DNA of 64,000 nt from Camelus dromedarius (GCF_036321535.1 NC_087437.1:120964001-121028000); one strand, 5' to 3'; counted from the stretch's first letter, positions 1 to 40,771 are shown. Translations and numbers: made by a program. Notes: generated from the letters alone by a model not told the origin.

Positions 1-265
1 TCCTAATTGGTCCATTTCTACAAAGCTTGTTCTTAATTAGTCAACTTTCCTTATACCTCATTTGCATATGATGTTGCAAAGTGTAAACTGGCAGTTTATA
101 AAAGCCGGTGTAACCCTACAGACGGGTCCAGAGCTTGGAGTGTTAACTCCTGTGGGCCCTTTGGTGTAACAAGCTTGAGTTCTCCGTTTGTCCGAGGGCT
201 GTTTGGTCTCTCGCCTGGATTCAGGTAGCTGTCACAACTGAGCTGGAACACAATATTCTGCAACA
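1..265 (+). mobile_element. ERV-type LTR, 3' part, in PFKL intron 1
   Basis: AT-richer block with ATTGG, octamer ATTTGCAT (60-67), TATAAAA (97-103), ending ..CAACA like an LTR terminus. Confidence 0.6.
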
Positions 266-852
266 CCAACAGTCCCAGATCCTAGCCTTAGGGGGTGTTG
301 TCCTCCCTTGTCCTATGAAGGCCACTCTCCAGGCCGTGGGGCAGGGCGTTTATGGCCCCAGGGCCAAGGGACACTGACTTTCAGGTATCCCCTGAGCTGC
401 CCCCCAGTGTGGTGGCCCAGAGTCCAGCAGAGGCTGAGGGTGGGTTTGGAAGGCTGCTGCCCCCTGTGTCCCACCTGTCTCCTCTTTCATCCTGGGGTCG
501 TACACCCGACTTGCTGAGATTCCCCCAGGTCAGGGTCTGGCCACAGGAGTAGGAGGGGTGTGGTGCTGAGCAGCAGGGGCCACAGGTGAGCACGAGGCAG
601 GCTGAGGCCAGACACAATGTGGCAGGTTTGCACCTGCCTGTTCTCCAGACTCTGGCGGAATCCAGTCCAGGTGGGGACCTTCCTGGGCAGCTTATTTCCA
701 AATGCTTGGAAGCTGGAATGACACTGGGGTGGGGTTCACCCTGTGCTGGGCTTGGGCTCCTGGCTCAGTGTCCCCTGAGATGCGGGGAGCGAAGGTCCAG
801 GGCCCCGACACCCCAAGTCTCCACTGACGGGCGTCTCCCTGCCCCTTCGCAG

Positions 853-19683
<18,831 letters not shown>

Positions 19684-20059
19684 AGTGCGTCCACACCTGT
19701 GTCCGCCTCCCCACTCCCTCCTTCCCTGGGTCTGCGGGCAGGCAGGCGGGGGGGCCGGCGGGCGGCGTGCAGGCCTGGCTCCGGGCTCTCACAGCTCCAG
19801 TCCCATCCTGCTGCCCCTCAGCTCTCCCCCAGGACAGAGGACCTCGGGCACCCGCTTCCAGTCCAGGGGCATGTGGGGGCGTCTGTGGACACTGCTGCCC
19901 CAGTGCCTCAGGCCCCCATGTGGTCCATGCCCTCATTAGCCGTGGGGGGCCTGGTGCTGGAGGCTCTGTGCACGTGGGAAGGGGGTCGTGCCCCGTGGGC
20001 CCCACTGCGATCCTGCTCCTGGGTGTACTGGCTAAGCAGAGCTTGTCACTTTTTCTAGA

Positions 20060-20065
20060 AATAAA
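20060..20065 (+). terminator. PFKL: PFKL polyadenylation signal
   Basis: First AATAAA after the stop, about 380 nt into the 3'UTR. Confidence 0.85.
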
Positions 20066-21689
20066 ATGCCCCCGACTGTGGAGTGCTCGCAGACTCGGGA
20101 GCAGGGCCTGCGGAACCTGTGCTGGTTGATAGCCCCCACCTTACACGCACAGGTCTGGGGTCCACCTTTGGCCTCAGGACTGGGCTGGGTCTCAGGGACA
20201 TGCGCCTTCTGGGGCCACACTCCCCTCCTAGGACCAGCAGCCCCACCCTGGCCATGTGGTGACCTGAGCCCCCTTGCCCTGTCCTGAGGGGTGACAGGCC
20301 TGTCCTTCCTCCATCTTGGGAGGCTTTCTGAGGCTGGTTCCCAGGCCTGGAGTCTGACACGGCACGTTACCCCAGACAGCCTGGGCTGGGGTCTTGGGGC
20401 AGGTGGCTAATGGGAGCGACCGTCCCAGGAGACACTGTGGGTGGTTGAGGGGAGGGGAGGCAGCCAGAAACTTGTCACCTCTGTGGGCTGTGGGCTGATC
20501 CCTTGGAAGTTCCCAGGGTGGGGCAGCATGGTGCCCACACCAGGGCCCCTGGGAGGACAAGCTGGATGTCAGCCCCATGGTCCGCGCCTGGCGGGTCCCT
20601 GTCACCCAGAGCTGGCTGCGCATCCACATCTGTTCCCGCTGGGGACCTAGGCGCTTAGTCCAGGGCTGCTCTGGCCTGCATTCCTGCCCTCGGGGCCTGC
20701 GGAGGTCAGGATAGGTTCTGGGATCCATGGGGCCGATTGAAGGTCCCTGAGAGGGAGTGTCCTGGTGGGGCCTAGGCTGGCCGGGCGGCTCCCTCCGTTT
20801 CGGGCTGCCCACTTGTCCCCACAGACCCTGGCAGGGAGCTTGGCCACTCCAGGGGGCAGCAGGCCTGGCAGGGCGGATCCTGCGCTGGGGGCACGCCAGC
20901 CTCACCCTGTTGCTGCGAGCTTGGGGCCCCTGGTTGCCCATTTCTGGAGCTGGGCCCCTGCGGTCTCACTGCCTGCTACGAGCATGGGGGGGGTCCTGGG
21001 GCAGGCCGAGGAGGGACAGTCCCCCAAGAGGCGGAGCCTCTGGAGAGACTAGAGGCCAGTTCCCAGGGCCCAGAAACCTGGGTGTGTGCCTGTGTGTGAG
21101 CATCCCTGTGCACGTGTGAGCCCACGTGTGCACGTGTGTGCGCGCTCCCGTGGGCTGGGAGGCTGAGCTCGGGTGGCAGGGACCCTGTCTCGTGTACCGC
21201 CGTGTCCTGTCCTTACCACGCATCCACATCCAGCCAGGATGCCATGCCGGCCCAGGTGCTGCCCAGTACCCCTGGACCCCTGCAGTGCTGGGGTGAGGCC
21301 CTCCCAGGGCACCCAATGCCCAGCCTGGGGAAGGAGGTGGCGGAGCTAAATTTCCAGGGGTTTTGGACTGGATTTGCTTAAATGTGCCGTTTGGAGACGT
21401 GGTAAACAGTGCAGGCCCCAGCCCCTCGCTGGCCTCTGCCAGCTAGGGCATGTCCTCCCAGGCCTGCTGCCGCCTTCCCGGGGCCACGCAGCCCTCCTCG
21501 GGGCGTGCCCACACTGGGCACACAGGAGGCTGCCTCCCAGGCTGGAAAGAGGGACATGGCGGAAGGGTGTTAGCAGCCACCCATCCTGTGGCAAGGAGGC
21601 CAAGGCAGAGACTGTGGCAGCTGCAGGAGGACCTGGGTGTCAGGGCCCAACCCTTGCTCAGCTCCTTTGTCACCGCTTCCTCTTATCAG

Positions 21690-22040
21690 CCAGCCCCTGG
21701 GCTCCCCAAATGAAGGGTGTGGTCCCACCTGGACCTCAGCTCTTCTGAGCTCCTGCTGGCAGAATTCTGATGGCAGCAAGAAGGTCTCTGAGCCCAGGGA
21801 GGGGAGCCCCCAGCTGCCTCAGCCCTGATCCTGTGAGGCCTATCAGGGAGGGCTGGGGTCACCTGATTAGGGCAGGCCCACCATGACACTCCCTTTTGTT
21901 AACTCAGTGAGCTGATTAGGGGCCTTAACTACATCTGTGAAACCCCTTCACCTTGGCCATAGAAGGCAGCATGTCCCTCATGTTCACAGACTGCCCTCTC
22001 CCACTCAAGGTGGGGTTCATGTAGGGTGTACACACCAGGG
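21690..22040. mobile_element. MaLR (MLT1-like) LTR remnant
   Basis: cccttttgttaactc..gctgattaggggccttaactacatctgtgaaaccccttcacc resembles MLT1. Confidence 0.5.
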
Positions 22041-25000
22041 GTCCAGCAGGACCTTGGGGCCACCTGGGATCCCACCCCCCACAGACAACAAGCCTGAGCC
22101 TCACTTGCAGGAAAGCATGTGCCCAGCAGTTTCTCAGAACAGGGTGGGGGTGGGGTGTGAGGCCAAGGGCGCAGCTGAGGGAACATGGCTGGGGAAGGAG
22201 GGGAGCTGCCGGCCCAGGAATGGGGTGAGCCAGGAATTGGGCATCACTCCCCGGCTGCCTGAGGCCAGGGCAGCACCCTGGGAGGGGCCGAGTGGGGTCT
22301 GCTGAGTACTGCAGAGCTGGCCAGGTGTATACGTGGTCGAGAGAGCAGAGGCAATGATCCCACCTGCCCTGGGAAGCAGCCCAAACCCCACGGTTCCTAC
22401 AGCCCCCATTCAGTCCTGCTGGGCTGGGGCCGCCTGGCTGGGAGGAGCAGGAAGACCTGAACCCAGAGCCCCTCTCAACCCTGATGACTGCTTGAAGCCC
22501 AGGGCGGCCCTGATGGGCAGCTCCCCTGAAGCCACCGTGCCCCGTGTGCGGGAGGGCGAGCCCTAGGGCCCGCTCCAAGCCTGGTGTCCACTAGGGATGC
22601 AGCCAGGGCAGGCCGACCACAGATGCATGTTTTCCGTCTCAGTCCTCGCGTTGTCTCACCAAGCGAAGTCTCCAATTTCAGGCCCTGGAAAACACTGCTA
22701 TTTCTGTGAGCTTTGCAGGGGACGCCGCCCAGGAGTCGTCTTATGGGGGTGATGGAACCCTGAGCAGCACACACCCAAGCAGACGCTTGCGCGGTCAGTT
22801 TAATTGGAGCCCTTTCCTGTACTGCTGGCGGCGGGGCTCGGCGGGTGCTGGAGAGCATTTCTGGAAGGCTGCCCCAGAGGCTCCAGCGCACAGGTGCACG
22901 CACAGCACGACTGCGGGGTGGGGGCCCACCCCTGAAGGCCTAAATGTGGGGGGGGGAGCCCCTCAGACACGGTCCCAGCCCCCAACAGCCCGGCCAGGGG
23001 ACATCAAAGCCTCATGCAGCACGTTTGTCTCAGTCGGATGGTCCAGTGAGGGGAGCTCACGTGTTGGGGTGCTCACTTTGCAGCCTCACCCATCGGCCGC
23101 ATGGGGGCAGTGCAGTGACAATGTTTCAGCTTTCCTACCTGTTGACATCCTGAGGGCTGGCTGACACAGACACTGCACCCCTGGCCAGGCTGGGAGTCAC
23201 AGGTTTGTGTTTTCCGACTCTGCCTTGCCTGCCAGTCCCTGGGGACGGCGTGGGGGAAGCTATGGCCGCCCCCCTCCCTCCCTCCCTCCCTCCCTCCCGT
23301 GATGCTCTGACTGGCAGCTTTTGCCCTTTATGTAGAAAGGATATTTCCTCCTAACAAAAAGTGACAGCCTGCAGGAGCAGAAGGATGCCGACTTCCCAGA
23401 GACCAGGCCCCTTGTTGAACAAGGGTGAACTCAGGACAGGGACAGCGGGGCTAGACCGAGTGCAGGGTCCTGTGTGCCCGCCGTCCCGGCTGGCTGGGCG
23501 GGCCACAGGGGCACAGGGGTGCAGGCAGGCCTGACCCTCATGCGGGCCGCACAGGCCAGCAAACCAGTCCCTTTGCTGGGAGGGTGAACGCGTGGCCCGC
23601 ATCTCACTCAGTGAGGCCACCGTGAGTGTCCACTCCTAGCTGGGCTGGGTGATCGCCACAGTGGCATCCTGCTCAGTGTACCCTGTGTTCCCGTGCCCTG
23701 TGGGGCCTTTGGAACCGCAGGCTCCCCAGGAAGACACTGAATCCTGGGTCCACTCACAGAGTTCTGGAGAACCACTGTCTTTGGAGAAACCTGGCTGCAA
23801 AGATTCCTTGTTTCTTCTCTAATTTCCCAAGTGATTTGATTCAAGAACCCCCACAGGGAGCCTGTGAGCACACCACAGCCCCCTCTGGGGACGGGGACCC
23901 CCACGAATGTTTCCCGAGGGGTGACCATCAGAGAGAAGTTCCCGTGTCCTCCTGCAAACAGGGCGGCCCTGGGCACGGGGGAGATGAGCAAGCACCTCCC
24001 CCCACCAGAAGGCTCCTTCCCCCCAGCCCCTCCTGAACGTCACCCCAGAGGGCACTGCGCTGTGCCTCTCCCCGGGCTCGGAGCTCACCTCCTGACCTGG
24101 GGGTCGGGGCAGAGAGGAGGGTCTGTGGCTCAGGGTTGGGGTCCCCACCCACCCAGCAACTGGGCACGTGGGAGGCTCCAGTGAGGGGGCAGCGGCCACC
24201 TCCCACCTCCTGGCTGTGGTCATGCTGTGGCCTGGCCCACTCAGTGCCCCACGTCAGGTCAGGACCAGATGAGTGCTGGATCCTGCAGGGCAGCACACTG
24301 GCTGCTGGCCCGGGTGACCTGCCGGTGCGGCCTGAGACAGAGCGACACCCTTGTTCCTAGGCAGCAGCTTCGTAGGGAGGACAGGACGCGTCTGGCTCGC
24401 CTCTGGCTGCACCGACCAGCATTTCAGCTGAGCGACGTGCCCTGGGTCTCGGGCCAAGAGAACACACACACACGGGTGTACTGCCAGCGCCCACTCTGCT
24501 GGGGAACCCCGCCTCCAGGGTCACCTGGGGGGACGGTCAGAGCAGGGATTGCGACGCGACCCTGTTAAAAGACTGGAAGCCCCGGGATCCGGGCCAGGCC
24601 GGATCTGGGTGTACTGTTCTCGTTCAGCCTGAAGGCTTCAAAGGGGCACCGGGAGAGCAGGCAGCTGGGAGCGGAACCAGCAAGGTGGCTGGAGACTCTG
24701 GGGAGGGAGTGGTGAAGGCGGAGGGTGGGGTGGAGGCAAGGGGCTGAGGTGGGCAGGTCACCCCATCAGGGGTCCAGTTCAAGGGTCCCGGATGGAGGCG
24801 CCCCAGGTCGTGGGGCGGGGGGAGGTGGATGCGAGCTGTGCCCAGTGGGTGGGGAGGGGGAGGGTGTTGACGCAACATCACCACCCCCGACTCATTCGCA
24901 GCAAGACGGGCTTCACTGAGAGTGTCTGGACCCCACAATTACAGGAGAAGGCCTGTGCACGGGGCTGGCGGCTGCTTGCCAAAGGTGCCCCGAGTGGGAC

Positions 25001-25831
25001 GTCCCCTCTTCCCGCCGTAGGAGCTTGCCCCCTGCCCTGAGACCTTGAAGGGCCCCACAGGTGGCGCACTGCCTTCCCCGGGGTTCCCACGAGGCCGGTC
25101 TGCGACTACCTTCCACCTCGTGACGGCTGCCCCAGGAGGAGTGCTTCTCCACCCAGCCGCTGGTGGGCTCCCAGGCGCCTCTGCCCCTGGCTCCTTGGCA
25201 CGCTGTGGTCAGTCCCCCTTGGGTCTGTGCAGCCCTCACACACCTGACATGCCCTTGCCGGACACAGATGCTCCCCGACGGCAGGGCGAGGGGGTGGAGA
25301 GACACTCGCTCTGCCACAGGCCCCGCCGTCCAACCCAGCAGGAGCGGCCCTCCCCAAGCGGCTCGCAGGTCACCCTCCTCCCCTTCTGCCGGGGCACGGG
25401 GGGGTCACCACCCACAACCTGGGCACCACGGCAAGGCTGCGACTCTTCCTAAAGGAAGAAACGTGGGACAGTCTCTGGAAGGCTGTCCTTTCCCACGCAG
25501 CTGCTTCTCCCGTGGCCATACCTGGGTCCCCAGGCAGAAGCGCGGCCTGTCCGTCTGAACCTTCTCACACAGGGGCAGCGCAGACCCTCTGCGTCGTGCT
25601 GGGCTCCCAAAAAGGGAGACAGAACGCCCCCAGAGGTGGCAGGCAGCCTGTCCCTAAGGCTGACGTTGTTTTGGGAGCCTCCCACAGTCCACAGACATCC
25701 ACCCCGTGGCCGAGCCAGAGAACTGACACAGAAAACACTCCTGAGCGACGGCTCTCCCCTTTACCAGGAACGTCCAGGCCCCGCCTGGCATTTGGGAAAC
25801 GTCTGCTTCCAAATCAGCCTTTGGGAAAACA

Positions 25832-25837
25832 TTTATT
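25832..25837 (-). terminator. CFAP410: CFAP410 polyadenylation signal (proximal)
   Basis: AATAAA on minus strand about 260 nt after the stop; a distal ATTAAA lies at 22799-22804. Confidence 0.7.
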
Positions 25838-26099
25838 ACGGAGAGTGGCCGCCAAGTCCCCCTTCAGGGAGGCCACGGCAAGGTGGGCCCTGCCGCCAAG
25901 GAGGGCACAGGGGCGGGTCCGCCCACTGGCACCTGCCTTCCCCGCGGCCCCCGTCCACAGCGAGAGCTCTGCTGCCTGAGGACGCAGCCCCGTGTGCTGG
26001 GGCGAGGCCATGGCTGTGCCTCCAACCCCCAGGTGCTCGGGAAGATGCTGGCCTGCAGCACAGGGTCCTGGGAGGAGGGCCTGGCAGCCCCGCCCAGAG

Positions 26100-35280
<9,181 letters not shown>

Positions 35281-35694
35281 AAGGTAGAAGCCAGGATATA
35301 GGAGTTTTTGCAGCAAAGACCAGGTGGTTGGAACATCAAAAAATGACTGTTAACTGAAGAAAACGAGACTTCTCACGTCAAGGGATTTAGCACTTTTCTG
35401 TGTGGGAAAGTGCAAAGTCTGGGCTCTTAGAAATTGTTCCTTTGATGTGCACCTAGCTGTCCAGGGCCCGTGTTCTGTTCCTCCACATCCTGAGTCCCCT
35501 CGGGGGCACCGCTGGGGGTGGCTGCAGAGGCCGGGCTGCCCGCTTGTCTCCCTCCTGAGTTCCCTTGGCTCACCGGGGCTGTGGTCATGGGTGATGACCT
35601 GATGGCCGCCGCATCCTTTGTTTACTGACATGGCAGGCAGCTTTTCGTTCACAGCAGCACGGTACATTAAGACAGGTATGTGGGATCTCAGACC

Positions 35695-36072
35695 TGTTAG
35701 AGGCGACAAGACCAAACTTAGCCTCCTAGGGGAGCTCTCTCCACTAGGCCCTGGTCCTGTCTTTGGCCTGCCCAGCCCAGTCTTAGCAAAGATCCTGCTA
35801 AGTCACCCCCACCTTTGGTCTCTGATCGCCCTCATCATCTGATTAAGCTCCTCGTTCCCCCAAGTGGTATCTGTCTTCTTGGCCTGTCTTTAGCAACATC
35901 CCCTGCCCTTGAAGTCTCTTAGTAACTTTCTATCTATGGACCCCTCTCTCATAAACCCCCCTTTTCCTTGTTGAACTTGGAGTTCAGCCCAGTCTCTCTC
36001 CTCTAATTGCAATAATCTGGAGTAAAGTCTTCCTTATCCTTTTAACATATGTCAGAATAACTTTTTCTTTCA
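35695..36072 (+). mobile_element. ERV1-type solo LTR (MER31-like)
   Basis: TG..CA termini, AGTAAA poly(A) signal near 36021 followed by gtcttcctta..tttttctttca U5-like end. Confidence 0.6.
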
Positions 36073-36752
36073 CGGAGGTCAAAGGTTGCTTTCCCAGGAC
36101 ATCACAGCAACATCTGAAGCCCAGGGTCCCGGAGGCTGATGGAGGACCTGCCTGTAGGAGAGGCCCGTGGCAGGACGAGGAGTGGTGATTCAGTGGGGGA
36201 GAGTGGGATTTTGCTATAGGACCTTCCATCCCATCCAGCCCCACCATTTTTGTCGTAAAAACGATGTAAGGAATTGGAAAAAGAGAAAAGCACTCCCACA
36301 CAGTAGTTTAACAACTGCTGTGCGCTCTGTGTTTTGTCCTGGGCGCTGTGTTTTGCTGGGACATGCAGTGTTGTGAAGAGTTTATCAGTCAGATTCTCGC
36401 CCTGAGACCCATCTTCCATGCCTGGGTTCTGCCTCGGGGTGCGTGGGCCCAGCAAGAGTCCCAGGTGAGTGGAACCGGGTGTGAGGGGGGTGTGGGGCAG
36501 GGCGCAGAAAGCTGGAGCACAGGTGGCCCAGTCCCCCATGCCGCCTCCACCATTGTACCAGTGCCTGTGGCCACACGGGGGCTCCTCTGATCAGCTGGTA
36601 AGGGTGGCCTGCTCAGTGTGTGGGTGGAAATGGACAGAGCTGCTGGATGTCTCTCTCAGGTGGCCTTGGAGGACAGAGGTGAAGGCTGATGCCTGCAACA
36701 GCCAGGTATTGGCCTGGGACTTGGTTTGACCCCGCTTGCAGGTCCCTAAGCC

Positions 36753-37070
36753 TGTTACTCCTTCACAAATGCCAGCAAGAGACTGACTCCTGGGTCAGAG
36801 ACAAAAGTCAGTTTATTCCTCATGGCTTTGGCACATTTGCATCAGTTCCCTAACCCCTGAGTTTCATGGGAGTAACGCAGGGGGCTCGGTGGATGCTTGC
36901 TGCACACGCTTTCGGGTGCACAGGAATACCAGGAAGGAGCAGAGGGCTCTGGCTCCACCCTTTTCCAGCAAGCAGTGAGCAGTCCTCATCTTGGTCTAGG
37001 GGCGATGTTCCCTCAGCTCTCACGGTTACCAGCTGTAGGAACAACCCGAGGAAATGGCTTCACAGCCTTG
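36753..37070 (-). mobile_element. Old LTR remnant
   Basis: gactcctgggtcagagacaaaagtcagtttattcctcat motif typical of an antisense ERV LTR end; boundaries approximate. Confidence 0.45.
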
Positions 37071-37639
37071 GCACATAAGCAAGATGCGTAGGTGAGCAGG
37101 AGGTCCCGGGCCCCACGTGGAGCGCCTCCTCCTCTGCTCTGTGTTGGGGGAGGGCACTGACCACAAGTGGATTCACGGGAGGGCAGGAATGGCCTTACCC
37201 TCTGATAGTGGGCTGGAAAGAGGTAAGACTGGAGAATTGGGGACAAGAAGGTCTGGAAGAGGCACTAGGGTGGGCCATAGTGTGAAGATTCTCAAACCCC
37301 ACACTTAGGCCACTGGGGTGTCCAGCACAGATGAGACGCTGGACAGCCCGGGAGGGCAATGCCTTAGCCACCTGACGGCCATCAGCCTCTGTCCTCAGCC
37401 AGTCCAGTGCTAGCTGGTGATCAGGGAGGGGGAGGCCGTTGCGGCTTGGACAGAGGGACGGGGAGACGGGACTGAGATGCACCTGGGCAGGACAGACACT
37501 CTCTCGTTCTGGGTTTGGCTTTCCGTCCCGGGGCCTCAGCCAGCACCACGGTTTGAGGGCTCACTGCAGTTTGATCCACCAGCACAGGGTCCCGTGCAAT
37601 AGGCAGCTGATCAAGGGGCCAGAAGATCCTGAGAGATCT

Positions 37640-37850
37640 GGCCCCTGCCCACCTCCCCTCATTTCCTGCCACACTTGCCGGCACACTTCACCAGCCACCA
37701 TGGCATGCCTCTTGGTCCTCAGACACACAACTTGAGTTCACCTCAGGGCCTTTGCACCTGCTTGTCCCTGGGTTCAGATGCCATTCATCAGATTCTTCCA
37801 GCTCGATCCATTACTTCCTCCCAGCCCAGCTCAGAAGGGCCCTCCAGCCT
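37640..37850. mobile_element. L2 remnant
   Basis: cacctcagggcctttgcacctgct hallmark of L2 3' region. Confidence 0.6.
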
Positions 37851-38329
37851 GGCCTGACACCAGCCCCGTTGTCTCCAGCTCCTGCCCAAGCCCCGCCCCC
37901 CTACCCTGACTCCTCAGTGTTTATCATGACCTGAGGTGGTCTCTGTTGTTCTTCCCCTGGACTGTGGGTCTGAGCACCTCCTTTTCCCAGAGCCCCAGCC
38001 CCTAGACGGCCTGCCTGTGGTGAGGCTTCAGGAAACGACTGTGGGCTGGCTGACCGAGATGCATGCAGGGTCTGCAGAGGCATTCACATACCAGCCCTGG
38101 CAGGTCCCGGAGTCCCCACTCCATCATCTCTGGGGAGTGAGGAGGTTTCCTGCCACACTGGGTCATGAGGACTGCAAACAGACATGGGGAGCCTGACATG
38201 TGGCAGGAGGGAACCTGCTAAGTGAACGGGCCTCCCTGCCCTCCCCATTCCTCCCCTGCCAGGTGACCCTGGCCAGTGCACAGAGTGGTCAGGACGGATG
38301 GACTCTGCAGCAAACCACAGAATGGACTT

Positions 38330-40771
38330 GTAGCAGAGAAGAACGGCCTGTGTTTATTCATTTTATTCAGTGTCCTGAGAGATTGTTCAGACGTGGGGTC
38401 ATTTCCAGCTTTGTTCTCCCCATGGTTGCTGTAGAATGAATGGGCCACCTGGCCCAGCTTTCTGGGCGGGCCCGTGGCACTAGGGTGGCCACAGTCTTCA
38501 CACCCCTGTGCAGCACCACCATGGCCACTTGCTCCTGTGGGCAGTCCTTTATGATAAGATGCTTCTGGAATGCAGGTCATCTGCTGACCTCGGAAGTGAA
38601 GTGATGAAGGACAACAACGTTGTTCCCCGGCCCGGAGCCCACTTCTCTTGGTCCTCTCTCTAGACCAGGGTTCAGCAACGCACAGCCCACTGGCCAGATC
38701 CAGCCACTGCCTGTTCTCGTGAATAAAGTTTTATCGGCACACGGCCAACCCGCTCACTGATGTTTTGCCCGTGGCTGCCTTCTGGCTGCATGGGCAGAGC
38801 TGAGTAGCTCCAGCGGAGACCATCACCTGCAAAGCCTGAACTAGTTACCCTCTGGCCCTACACAGAAGACGTCTGCAGCCCCTGCTCTAGGCTCTGGCCA
38901 TGTTGGCCGCACCCTCCATCCCTCAGGCCCTCCCTGCCTCCCTTCATTCTTCTCCGAGGAGCCGGCAACCTGGCTTCTCTGCTCTGGTGTATTCTTCATG
39001 ACCAGAGTGGCCATGCTCACGGATCAGATCTCTGTCTTTTTCAGGGATTGTGGCCTTCTGTTGCGGCCAGGGCTGGGGGCTTTGTATCCTGGACACGCTG
39101 TCCGCACTATGACGCAGTCCTCGGCCTTGCCTTCCCTTCTCTGAGCTTGAAACGACCGTCCATCCAGGTCGGCACTTGCTGTCTCTGCTGCTGGTTCCTG
39201 CTTTCTGTTCTGACGGGAAGCCTTCAGAATGGCTCTTGCAGGGTGTCCAACAGATGGAATGTGGCCTTCTTGTGAAACATGTGGTTCTTTAGAAGGGAAG
39301 GAGCCCCATGGGGACAGTGTGGGTACAGATGTTTCATCAGAAGCCTGATTCATGAAATACTTCACCTCAAGCGATGTTCCCATGGAGGCCCTGGGATACT
39401 TAGAAACAAAAGCCAGCCCGTCCGTGCCTGTCCATCGGACGGATCTGCAGTTACTGCTGTCTTGTGAAATATTAACTGTACCCCGTACGCTTTCCGTCAG
39501 TGAGATGGCTCTCGGGCCAGAGGGCATCAGGGAAGGAGCACTGGGTGAGAGTCTGGACACAGCTGCCCACAACCAGCCACGGACACGGGTGGGTCTCCGC
39601 TTCCTTTGCCTGTTCACTGGGGTCTCAGATGCCACTTGCGGCAGGCTCACTCCTGGGCGGCCACTCACTGCTTGCTGGGCCCGGAGAACGCAGCAGGGCT
39701 GGGCGGGGGCTGTGCCCTGCAGCGTGCGGGCCTGCGGGCCGGAGCCGGGGCACGAGTCCCACGTTGCTGTTCTTTAATTCCATGCTGCCAACCGCTTTGG
39801 AGGAGAGGCTCCAGCTACCTTCACGTGTATCATAGTGTTTTGAAAAAACAAAACAAACCAGGGCTGTACAAGCGGCTCTGATGGGTCTCACACTTTTCCC
39901 AAGCTGCTCAGAGACCTCCCAATAGTGGGGGAATGATGCCGGGGCCACCCTTTGGCCGGTGGACCTGTGGCGCTGCCAGCTGGCTCCTAGCAGAGAGCAG
40001 GGGCAGGTGGGGGCAAAGGGCACTCCAGAGGAGGGTGCTCTGGGCAGGTGTCTGGACACTTGGTCAGTGCACTCAGGGGAGGAAATGAGGGGTCAGTTGG
40101 CAGCCCCTGGGCCTCGGTATCAGAGAGGCAACGGGACCCTGTTCACTTCCCTGGGGGCCCAGGAGTGGCTGTGGGGCACTGTGGGCTGGCAGCCTGGAAG
40201 GAGAGGGCAGAGAGCCTTTGCAGGGTGAGAGAGTTGTGGCCAGGGAGTTTGGACCTTTAGGGAAAACTGAGAACAGGTTTTCAGGAGTCAGAACTCAGTC
40301 CTCAGTCCTCCAGCCAGGAGGGTCGAAATCAGGCATTGTGGGGCCCAGTGGCCAGCACCTGCCAGGGTGATGCTGTGTGGTCACATCTTTCCCGCTCCTC
40401 CTGCCCCTTTTAGTCCTGCCTTACCCGGAATGGTCTCCTGGCCTTGGGTCCCCCAGGAAGATGGCGAGGGCACCGGCCCGCCGCTGGGGGAAGTAGCTCC
40501 CCAGGCCCCAGGCCCACGGGGTCTCCCGCCCCCGCTGACACAACCCCTGCCCAGCTCCGGCCCTTCCCGCGGAGAATCGCTGCACGGGGCAGGCGCTCTC
40601 CGTAGCCCCCTGGGAGGAGGTATCCCCTGGGAGGCGGACCCACAGCTCGCGGCGGGAGGTGGGGGCGCTCGGGAGGTCGGCCCGCGCTGGCTTCGGTGAG
40701 AGTGTCTGGCTCCAGCCGCGGGCGCGGGACGCGGCGGGCTGCGCTCCCCGGAGCCGTGACGCAGAGCGCAT
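38330..40771 (-). other. Candidate unannotated spliced gene (exons ..-40425, 39390-39021, 38583/38580-~38335), possibly coding 119-237 aa
   Basis: Ordered donor/acceptor/donor/acceptor set, ORF 39383-39024, double AATAAA at 38362-38367 and 38353-38358; no transcript data available. Confidence 0.4.
38666..38884 (+). mobile_element. MER58A-like hAT-Charlie DNA transposon
   Basis: Termini CAGGG..CCCTG, internal aataaagttttat and ggcagagctgagtag, 8-bp TSD ctctagac/ctctaggc. Confidence 0.85.

Noticed and set aside
38218..39026. Possible selenocysteine or readthrough at TGA 39024-39026, since the spliced frame continues into ORF 38218-38580
   Set aside because: That frame runs through both AATAAA signals, which would give a non-stop mRNA. 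I saw no SECIS and the context is TGA-TCC, not TGA-CTA. More simply explained as 3'UTR.
39669..39783. Strong-Kozak ATG at 39783 (-) as the start of the candidate gene's protein
   Set aside because: Its exon ends in phase 1; splicing to the 39390 or 39398 acceptors is out of frame with the 119-aa ORF and stops within about 10 codons.
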